Source: Convolutriloba macropyga (Eukaryota). Taken from it: a stretch of 64,000 nucleotides of DNA. The stretch is taken from assembly GCF_964194025.1 (NCBI RefSeq), contig NC_134470.1, positions 76,880,001 through 76,944,000 on the forward strand. Direction: 5' to 3'. The translations under genes were made by a program, and so were the position numbers. This document shows positions 54,417 to 64,000 of this stretch, one piece after another; position 1 is the stretch's first letter; each line of letters starts with the position of its first letter. Below the pieces are notes generated by a model that had not been told where the DNA came from, did not search any database, and was given only the letters and a program-made list of their open reading frames with translations.

Positions 54417-54813
54417 CCCGGGGGGAGGATTTTCCCCGAAAATAACGGGGAAAAGAGTGTAATGAGTGTGAAAATAAAAAAATTACCCCCCTATTTCTCC
54501 GCTTAATTAGCGGTGTAAGAGTGTAATTTTAAGAGTGTAATTTTAAATAATAAATAAAAAGAGTGTAAATTCAAATAATAATTCCATTTTTAATTTTCTT
54601 TTACTCTTATTTCTATTACACCTTAAAATTATTTTTACACTCTTTATATTCCGCCTTTACATTATTTTTACACTCTTGCACTCTTATTTTTAAAATTACA
54701 CTCTTCATAATTACACTCTTACACTCTTTTCCCGGATAAATAAGAGTGGAAAACGGATTACACCCTAATCCCCGCTAATTAGGGGTGAAATAGGAGTGAA
54801 ACCTCCTCCCGGG
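54417..54813. mobile_element. 397-bp CCCGGG-terminal MITE, TSD GA
   Basis: CCCGGGGGGAGG ... CCTCCTCCCGGG; GAGTGTAA repeats on the left, TTACACTC on the right; GA on both flanks. Confidence 0.85.
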
Positions 54814-55200
54814 GAAGATGAACGCATGAATGGGGGAGGAGGGGGGATTCTCACGTTCAAAATTACGTAGCCTGGAAATATCGAAAATCGCATGAATGTC
54901 CGAACATGCACTTCAGCCTGAGGGGGGCGTGGGGGGGGGGGGTTAGGCATGCAGTTAATTTTGCCTATGTGAAACGATGGTCTGAGAAGGCACAAGTCGA
55001 AGGCCCCAAGCTAATCAACTGAGCTACTCTTTTTTTCCCACTTCATCGGTTTGAATTCTCATAAATTACCAATTTACAATTGCGTTTTGCCCGCATGTGT
55101 TATTCTATTTGTTGTCTTGCTACTTATTTCCGTTAATGATACGTCTCATTTCCTCATTTTTAATTGATTTAAAAGGATTCTTCTTTATTTTTCCTGTTAT

Positions 55201-55703
55201 TGTAGTGTCGTGGTCGATAACACGGGTCAAAGAATTCAATAAGTTGAATTTTAAATTAAATTTTTGAACTGAAAATATACAAAAATTAGCTTGTATTTAT
55301 GGTAGTTATCTATGCGAAAATATACAGAGAAAACTTAGATTAGCTAAAAATATTTTATATGATTGGCATGTGAATAGATCTTAACTCCGAATCCCGGAGG
55401 TGATTTTCTATTTTCATCAACATTTCATGAGAATCATATATGGCTTGGGTACAATTGAGTTCAATAGTTGGAGGTCAGTTGATTTTAGAATCAGGTTTCT
55501 ATTGGTGGGAGAATTTACTTCTGACATATGATTGATAGGTCAATAAGATAATGATAGCGCCGAAACAAAATTAGAATTGAGTTTAGTTTTGTGGCCATTA
55601 CTTATCGACACAGCAATAAAGTTCGTCAGGTAAGTTCTTCTTTCGTTCTTTGAAACTTTAATAAACCGTCTAAGTTTCTTGTTGTTTCTTTGAAACCATC
55701 ACA
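55201..55703 (-). repeat. 3' LTR of the Gypsy element (left boundary inferred)
   Basis: Starts TGTGATGG on the minus strand immediately after the PPT and ends ...CACTACA at 55201 (inverted termini). An alternative end at 55211 gives a perfect TGTCG 5-bp TSD. Confidence 0.7.
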
Positions 55704-58670
55704 TCCTCCCTCCTTTTTTAAGCAAGTTTGTGGGTATAGCTTCTCCAAATCTGTTGGGTTGTTTTCTGTTTCTTATTGATTTTCGTGAAGGCTCCGAGAT
55801 TTTGGGTTGTTGGTGCTCTGCAAATGATGTGGCTGCAGAAGCTTCATCTTGAAGTGAAGGTCCCACATCTGTGCTCTGAAGTTGTTGTTCTGATTGAGAT
55901 ATGGTCTCCTCCACTGCTGGTTCAGTTTTCACATTGTCCTCGTCTAGTCTCGCAATTTGGTTGTCGATCACTAGAATAATCTGTGCTGAGTTTTCGGGCT
56001 GTATGAAAGATGTGTTCAAGCCCTTCCTGATGATGAAGGTAGCAGGAACTATCTTTGTCTTTTCGTTGGCCTTGAATAGAATGAGTTCGCACAAGTCAAA
56101 ATCTGCTATTGTTGTACAAGAGTTCAACTGGAGTTTTTCTCCACGTCTTTGAGGTCTTGCGATGTGTCATTAGTGCCATTTGCAGGAATGCTCCAAATGA
56201 CACATTAAGGTTGGGACTCCACGCTTGAAGTGCCCGCTTCACTGTCCGAAATGCTCTTTCAGCTAGTCCATTAGCTCTTGGATGATAGATGGGTGATTCC
56301 ATTTTCTTAATTCCCAGTGATTCACACCACTGTTTAAGGTCACCACTTACAAATTCAGGACCATTATTTGATACTAAAGTTTTTGGTATTCAGAATCTTG
56401 CAAAGATTTGACTAAGATATATTTTAACTGTTTCTGATGTTCTCTATCCAGCGGGGAAGGCTTCTGTCCAACCAGAACCTGCGTCAACAATTACTAAGAT
56501 ATTGCCTTGGTCCTTAACATAACCCCAGTCCATGTGGAGCCGTTCCCAAACGTCGGCTTCTGGCCACGTAGAGACTGTTTTTCCCAGGCTAGGCCTGTTC
56601 AACTGACAATTCTTACATTTACTAACAAAGTGTTGAACGTCTTGGGTATGCCAGGTCACCATGCTATCATTCTGACTGATGCCTCAGTTGCTTTCTTCCC
56701 GGGATGTGTCTAACGCGCTTTTGCCAAAACCAAGTGTCGTAGTTTGGGTGGAATGAAAGGAACAACACCTCTGAAGATGATTCCACTATGTTAAGTAAGC
56801 GCATCATTTTGTTGTTCGAATCATTTTTCCGCTTCTGAACATTGTTTCCATTTGCCGCTTTTGGTTCGTTTCATTATGTCCTGGAAGAGTCTGTTTGTTC
56901 CAAGTTCAGTTTTGATTTTTGCTTTGGTCACCAAATCACTCTGGGCGAAGTAGATGTTATTGATTGCGAAGCACACTTGACCGTTGTCCGATTCGTCTTC
57001 GTCGAAATCCATTCTGCTCAAAGCATCTGCATGGGGGATCTGCTCTCCTGGCGTGTACTTCAACTCATAGTCAAAACTCATTAGAGCTATTGCCAATCTT
57101 GTGATCCTCGCTGATGCTGTCTTCGGGATCTCCTCGTCTGGTGCAAAGAGATATTTGAGTGGTATGTGATCAGTCTGAAGGGTAAATCGTCTTCCAGGAA
57201 AAAATTGTTTTAGTCTTGTGACCACAAACACAATTGCCAGTGCTTCCCGCTCTATGTTCGAGTAGTTTTGCTCCGCTGGAGTCAGTTTTCTCGATACATA
57301 TACGACTGGCTGTCCTTCTTGCGAAAGAACCCCGCCAATGGCTTTTTCAGAGGCGTCAGTAGTAACTGTGGCTTCTTTTGTAGACTATATGGCTGTACTA
57401 GTGGTTTAGCACATAATTCATTTTTATGTCTTCAAAGGCTTTTTTTGCATTTTGCCCCATGAGAAATCAAAATTTCTCATGTTATTTAAGGGTAGCATTT
57501 TTGTTGCAAAATCAGGAATCATTCTTCCGTAAAAATTAGCTAGCCCAACAAACGATTTGAGTTGTTTGTTGTTAGTTGGTGCTTTTGCATTTTTTAAAAA
57601 TTTTTCTCAACATTGTTGGGATCTGTTGCTATTCCCTCCTTTGAATTGGAGTATCCCAAAAAGCTAACGCTATCGACAGGTTTTGAGTTAGATTTCTTCT
57701 CATTAATAATAAAACTTTTCTCACGTAGTCAACTCTTGACTGCAAGCATTCTCTTGTCGAACTCCTCCTTGGTAGTTCCATACATAAAAACATCGTCTTG
57801 AAAGATCACAACACCTTTGATTCCTTTGATTGTTGATTCGATGCAATTCTGGAAGAATGAAGAAGAGTTTTTCAATCCCTGAGGTAGTCGGCACATCTTG
57901 AACAGTCCCTGAGATGTGTTGATTGTGCATATATCTTTTGCTTCTTCGTCAAGTTCAATTTGATGGTAGGCATCTGAGAGGTCAATTTTGCCAAAGTATG
58001 AGGCCCCATGTAGGTTGTGGAAGATTGTCTCCATGTCTGGTATTGGGTAGTCCACATCCATGACCTTGCAATTGATGTGCACTTTCAAGTCCACGCAAAG
58101 TCTCAATTCTCCACTCCTCTTTCTCTGCCAAACCACTGGAGATGCATTAGTGACTCTTCCTGGCTGTACAAGTTCAAGGATGCCTTGTCTGGCCATTTGT
58201 TCCAGCTTCTCTGTGACCTTGTCTTGAAGAGGTAGAGGTATTTTTCTGGCTTTGCAGAACATTAGCGGTGTTCCTGGTACAAGCTTCAGATGAGCTTTGT
58301 AACCCTTCACAGCAGGTAGGTGTTCGGCTGTGATGTTGCTCACACCGTGCTTAGTTAGAAGGTCTCTACCAAGTAGTCCCAATTCTTCATCAGACTGCAC
58401 AACTTCTAGTTGTTTTTGCATGAGCTTGTTTCCGTTCCACTCAACGTCACAAGTAAATGACCCCAGAAGTGTTAATTGATGACCATCATAAGCTTCGAGA
58501 TGTCTTATCGTACCATCCAACTGAGGTTTGCCAAGCTCAGTCCATATTTTTGATGATATCACTGTGCTATCTGCACCTGTGTCTACCTGCCTTTTTAATT
58601 TGTAGTTATTTATTGAGATATATTCCCATGTCACAGACATGTTAAAGATTTGTTCTTTAGTATAAAACAT
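55699..58670 (-). pseudogene. Gypsy pol (protease, RT, RNase H, integrase), broken by stops and frameshifts
   Basis: Protease VDTGADST; RT LRLCVDLK, KIDLSDAYHQ, RLPQGL, FQDD; RNase H TTDAS, YSNIEREALA, TDHIPL; integrase CKNCQ, WERLHMD, NNGPEF, HPRANGLAER. Confidence 0.92.
55704..55719 (-). promoter_or_regulatory. Polypurine tract of the Gypsy element
   Basis: AAAAAAGGAGGGAGGA on the minus strand directly abutting TGTGATGG. Confidence 0.85.
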
Positions 58671-58751
58671 TCTAATCTCCGAAGCTGGAGATGCTTGCTC
58701 TGAAGAAACATTTTCTTCTTCGCAAAAGTTATTCTGTCTATTGTACTTACC

Positions 58752-59527
58752 TCAATTTGGTTGGGGTTTATTTCTACACATTTTTGAGAAGTGTCCCATA
58801 TTTTCACAGGGGTTGCATTTTTTAATTAGCACTGGACAGGGTCTACTAGAGTGTGGCTTACCTCCACACCTAGTGCACATGTTGTTGCTTTTATTAGCCT
58901 TAATTTTTTCATTTGGTTTTCGAAATGTTTTTTTGAAGTTGAACCCAACTTCTTCTTTCACTTTAAAGGGCTTATTACCTAATGAAGAACTTGCAAAAGC
59001 CATTGCTTGACTTCTGAACTGTAAATTCTCAGTCATTTCAGTAACCGACATTGCTGGTTTTGCCCTAATACCGTCTAGTAGTCTAAGTTTTGCTTCAGGG
59101 TCCCTCAAACCTGAGATAAACTTTATTTTTACCAACTCCTCTTCGGGGTTGGCCGCTTTTTTCAGTTTTTCGAAGTCACAATAGCGTGCTTCTTCTCTTA
59201 AACGTAATAGGAAGTCGTCGTATGACTCCCCTACACTTTGTACTACGAACAGAAAATTAGCTCTTTCTGCCGTTACTACTCTCTCTTTAGGACAAATATA
59301 ATTTTGAATAGCCAATCTGATGTCTTTATACGGAGTGTCTATTCAATTCAGAGGACTCACTAGGCTCCTAATATTAATAATTGCATCTTGCCCGCACCTA
59401 CTAAGGAAGAGATTGGTTACCTGTAGGTCCTGTACAGTACCATCGTTGTAGACCTTGTCCTCTTTCTTCTCTGCGCGACATTTCACCACAAAAGACATAA
59501 TCCACGCAGTAGATGATTCTGCATTCT
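58752..59527 (-). pseudogene. Gypsy gag, 5'-truncated and frameshifted
   Basis: ORF 58752-59315 with two zinc knuckles (CTRCGGKPHSSRPC, CNPCENMGHFSKMC). A more N-terminal segment (LENAESSTAWIMSF...FLSRCGQDAI) runs up to the repeat junction at ~59527. Confidence 0.8.
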
Positions 59528-60344
59528 CCAGACGGATTCAAGTATGTTCAGATTGACCCGGGGGGAGGATTTTCCCCGAAAATAACGGGGAAAAGAGTGT
59601 AATGAGTGTAAAAATAACAAAATTACCCCCTATTTCTCCGCTTAATTAGCGGTGTAAGAGTGTAATTTTAAGAGTGTAATTTTAAATAATAAATAATAAG
59701 AGTGTAAATTCAAATAATAATTCCTTTTTTAATTTTCTTTTAGACTCTTATTTCTATTACACCTTAAAATTATTTTTACACTCTTTATATTCCGCCTTTA
59801 AATTATTTTTACACTCTTCCACTCTTAATTTTAAAATTACGCTCTTCATAATTACACTCTTACACTTTTTTCCCGGATAAATAAGAGTGGAAAACGGATT
59901 ACACCCTAATCCCCGCTAATTAGGGGTGAAATAGGAGTGAAACCTCCTCCCGGGGAAGATGAACGCATGAATGGGGGAGGAGGGGGGATTCTCACGTTCA
60001 AAATTACGTAGCCTGGAAATATCGAAAATCGCATGAATGTCCGAACATGCACTTCAGCCTGAGGGGGGCGTGGGGGGGGGGGGGGGTTAGGCATGCAGTT
60101 AATTTTGCCTATGTGAAACGATGGTCTGAGAAGGCACAAGTCGAAGGCCCCAAGCTAATCAACTGAGCTACTCTTTTTTTCCCACTTCATCGGTTTGAAT
60201 TCTCATAAATTACCAATTTACAATTGCGTTTTGCCCGCATGTGTTATTCTATTTGTTGTCTTGCTACTTATTTCCGTTAATGATACGTCTCATTTCCTCA
60301 TTTTTAATTGATTTAAAGGGATTCTTGTTTATTTTTCCTGTTAT
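59528..60344. repeat. ~0.8-kb copy of 54388-55200 lying between gag and the 5' LTR
   Basis: Colinear from CCAGACGGATTCAAG onward, includes the same MITE, and is continuous with the LTR in both copies. Confidence 0.9.
59557..59954. mobile_element. Duplicate of the 54417-54813 MITE
   Basis: Same flanks and TSD, about 97% identical. Confidence 0.85.
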
Positions 60345-60857
60345 TGTAGTGTCGTGGTCGATAACACGGGTCAAAGAATTCAATAAGTTGAATTTTAAAT
60401 TAAATTTTTGAACTGAAAATATACAAAAATTACCTTGTATTTATAGTGGTTATCTATGCGAAAATATACAGAGAAAACTTAGATTAGCTAAAAATATTTT
60501 ATATGATTATCATGTGAATAGATCTTAACTCCAAATCCCGGAGGTGATTTTCTATTTTCATCAACATTTCATGAGAATCATATATGGCTTGGGTACAATT
60601 GAGTTCAATAGTTGGAGGTCAGTTGATGTTAGAATCTGGTTTCTATTGGTGGGAGAATTTACTTCTGAAATATGATTGATAGGTCAATAAGATAATGATA
60701 GCGCCGAAACAAAATTAGAATTGAGTTTAGTTTTGTGGCCATTACTTATCGACACAGCAACAGCAATAAAGTTCGTCAGGTAAGTTCTTCTTTCGTTCTT
60801 TGAAACTTTAATAAAGAAAACTTCTAATTTTCTTGATGTTTCTTTGAAACCATTACA
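60345..60857 (-). repeat. 5' LTR of the Gypsy element
   Basis: Roughly 96-97% identical to 55201-55703 by eye. Similarity stops exactly at CATTACA| (60857), the LTR boundary. Confidence 0.75.
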
Positions 60858-62308
60858 TGTCGTTTTGTTTGTTGTCTTCTATTTTAGTCTTTATTATTCG
60901 ATATTGGAAGGCCTCATTCGCTCTCTGGTGGGTTATAATTGAAAATTTTTTTGTTTTCATGTCATAAGTAATGATCTTAACAATATTGGCACAATTTATT
61001 TTCATCAAAATAATCTTTAGTTGAGTTGTTTTTTACTGGCATTTTTTTGGTGTTTTTTTACCCATTTTGATCAGCATCAGGTCTGCATTTTTGTTCCAGA
61101 AAGTTGAATTATATGAATGCGGATGATTCTTATTGCTAATTTGACAATTTTTTTTAAACAAAGTTCCTTGAATTTCTGAGAGTTTTCAAGTTTGATGTAT
61201 GTCTGTTTCTCTTTCTGGTGTCACCATAGAGATCTCTGATCAAACAGAAAAACAAATTACACTATGGTCTGGCTTCAGTTTGCGGCTATTGCTTTTAAGA
61301 CTTCGGTACCATTTAGTTTCCAAAACTTCAAGTAAAACTTCCTGCTTATTTTTTGTTAGATTGGTTGCGCAGTATTTTAGTTTTGTTTGTTAAAGCTGTT
61401 ATTTAAAGGCTTTCTAATAACGAAAAAATGTGTGCTTAAAAAATTGCCTAATTTAGTTATGTATTTAATGAGTTGGATGGACGACTTTTGTTCTAAAACA
61501 TTGTAAGTGAAACATTCATAATTTTTGGCTCTGGTTTTAATAATGCCCTGTTATAAATCTCAATCGGCTTGCGTACCAAGGGAGTACCAAGGGAGTACAT
61601 TTTATCATGTATAGATTTAAAATGTATAGATTTTTAGTCCTATAAAATTTTGGATTTTCTTTCATTTTCTTCAACAATATAAACTATTATTAATTGTATA
61701 GAAGGATTTAGAAAGAAATCGAAACGCTATTGGTATATTGACTTTGTTCTATTTCACATCTAACTTTTGTAAGGTTAGAATAAAAGAAAGTCAGCCGTCC
61801 AAATAATAAAAATAAGAGCATACTGGGAACTTGATTAAAAAACGTTTTTTCAATATGTCTTATCGTCGCGGAGTAATCGTTGTCACTTTTTCCATGTCAT
61901 TTGTTTTTTTTACGTAATCTTGTTTTGACAGAGCAGAGATACAAAAGTGACATCATTAAAAAGATCTTGAAAAAATGAATAGGTTAATGTTGAGACTTTA
62001 CCAATTTCTCAATTTGTCGAGGAAAGACTGTCGAGGCTGTCTTTTGCAAGTTTCAAATACGCCACAGGTAAAAAAAAAAGATAAAAATTATTTTTGTTTA
62101 CATGTATTCATCAGATATATCTTTAATCAAATGTCACAAATATATTACATCTGCGGCTACTGTGCTTTTAAATATTTGAGCAAAAATTTCCTTACTACAT
62201 TTATCCGCAAACTCAATTTATAATAATCTGTTTATATTGAATAGTAATCAATCTCTGCAACGATGTTTTTCTTTCTTTTCAAATTTGAGGTTTGAAATTG
62301 AGGATTTT

Positions 62309-62815
62309 NNNNNNNNNNNNNNNNNNNNNNNNNNNNNNNNNNNNNNNNNNNNNNNNNNNNNNNNNNNNNNNNNNNNNNNNNNNNNNNNNNNNNNNNNNNN
62401 NNNNNNNNNNNNNNNNNNNNNNNNNNNNNNNNNNNNNNNNNNNNNNNNNNNNNNNNNNNNNNNNNNNNNNNNNNNNNNNNNNNNNNNNNNNNNNNNNNNN
62501 NNNNNNNNNNNNNNNNNNNNNNNNNNNNNNNNNNNNNNNNNNNNNNNNNNNNNNNNNNNNNNNNNNNNNNNNNNNNNNNNNNNNNNNNNNNNNNNNNNNN
62601 NNNNNNNNNNNNNNNNNNNNNNNNNNNNNNNNNNNNNNNNNNNNNNNNNNNNNNNNNNNNNNNNNNNNNNNNNNNNNNNNNNNNNNNNNNNNNNNNNNNN
62701 NNNNNNNNNNNNNNNNNNNNNNNNNNNNNNNNNNNNNNNNNNNNNNNNNNNNNNNNNNNNNNNNNNNNNNNNNNNNNNNNNNNNNNNNNNNNNNNNNNNN
62801 NNNNNNNNNNNNNNN
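62309..62815. other. Assembly gap (507 N)
   Basis: Run of N. Confidence 1.
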
Positions 62816-62989
62816 TCATGAAGTAGTAGCAAGAAAAAACAAACATTGTTCAAATACAATCGATTATAATTTGCGACACTACAAGGTCGCCATTAAAGTT
62901 ATCTGACTTGTTTTCAGGCGCCACACGGAAGAGTTGTGCAATTTTAGTTGAAATTATGAAAAAAATGTTTAAAAACGAAAAATTATCCT

Positions 62990-64000
62990 TTCTAGTAGAG
63001 GTTAACTATTGTAGAAACTGTGTTTGTAGCAGTCAAAATTTTGCTCTTGTGAGCATGAATGAGTCTGTCTAGCAATTCCTGGTTACCTGTTATATAAACT
63101 TTCAAAAATGTATGGCAAAATTCTTTTATGTTTGCCTCTTTTACTGTTCTAACATCTTCAATAAAAGAATTGTTATAATTCAGTGCAATTTTTGGCATCC
63201 CAAGAACTCTACAATTCAATGAAATACTATCGACTCTTCGTCTGCTAATTTTTACATAATGTCCACGATTTCTCTTTTTCATGATCTCATTAAGGTCCAA
63301 GTTCACTATTATGGTTGCAAACACTTCACCGAGCCGTTGCTTTTTTATTAGTGTTATTATTAATTTGAATGTTTCAAAAGCATTTAACTTTGAGGCGTTT
63401 CTTATCAAATTGTTGACTCGTATTGGTTTGATTGATTCGTATTTACGTTTCCAGAAAAACTTTTTTGAAATTCTTTTAATTAAAATGTTGATTGATTTTA
63501 ATAAATTTAATTAGTAGATCCGTAGACCAAATTTCCGTTTTGTACTATTGGTTTCACATAAATTTTAAAAATTCTTAGAAGTTGTGTTCTCGTAAAAATA
63601 AGGCGTAAACGGTAAAAAACGGAACAAAATTATAAAACTTCTTTTTGACGTAGTTAATAGGATCTTTGAATTTCAACTGGTTGTCTAATTTTAATCCTAG
63701 ATACCTAAAAGAGCTGGTTTGTTCAATTTCTGCTCGATCGGTTGTCGTGTTGTGCTAGTTTAGATTGCGTCCTTTCCCAAACACCATGTGTTTTGCTTTT
63801 GTTGTTTTAATTGTAAATTTGTTTTTAAGAAACCAGCTCGCAACTGCGGCTAGTGCGGCATCGTGTTTTTTTCCTACAGTCTCAATACTACTTTTATTAG
63901 AAAGAACTGTATTGTCAGCATAAACTATAACCTAGTTTTTTTTTTATTTTAGAGTTGGAACGTCGTTTAGGTAGATAATGAAAAGCAGTGGACCAAGAAT
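62990..64000 (-). mobile_element. Decayed non-LTR retrotransposon RT, continuing beyond the window end
   Basis: Minus strand reads ILGPLLFIIYLNDVP, IVYADNT, SWFLKNKF, FRYLGLKLDNQLKF, YVKPIVQ; ORF 62992-63408 is the probable C-terminal tail. Confidence 0.85.

Larger units (their letters stand above)
55201..60857 (-). mobile_element. Decayed Ty3/Gypsy LTR retrotransposon (Mag-like), internally rearranged
   Basis: gag, PR, RT, RH, IN in Gypsy order on the minus strand; PPT directly before the 3' LTR; two ~0.5-kb terminal repeats reading TGTAGTG...CATCACA/CATTACA on +. Confidence 0.9.

Noticed and set aside
62232-62906. Four ~200-aa ORFs
   Set aside because: Artefacts of reading through the N gap.

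Overview
AT-rich, repeat-dense eukaryotic DNA, most likely an invertebrate animal; no prokaryotic operons, rRNA or CRISPR arrays were seen. One convincing host gene is present: a three-coding-exon MADF-BESS transcription factor (+ strand, 27518-30158, two phase-1 GT-AG introns, 497 aa). A partial duplicate of its last exon follows, with an intact BESS-only ORF (32574-33239) inside a set of nested 3'-flank duplications. The rest is mobile-element debris and local duplication. It includes a decayed BEL/Pao remnant (~5.4-8.6 kb, -), non-LTR RT fragments, and a decayed Mag-like Ty3/Gypsy element (~55.2-60.9 kb, -) whose PBS/gag start appears replaced by a copy of its own flank. There are at least three classes of non-autonomous DNA elements with readable target-site duplications (9, 6 and 2 bp), tRNA-like Pol III motifs, several tandem duplications (about 2, 3, 1.2 and 1.5 kb units) and a 507-N gap. 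The best candidates for something new are the BESS-only duplicate (synonymous-biased, mosaic divergence), the rearranged Gypsy element and the modular MITE families. All family assignments come from manual motif recognition, not database searches.
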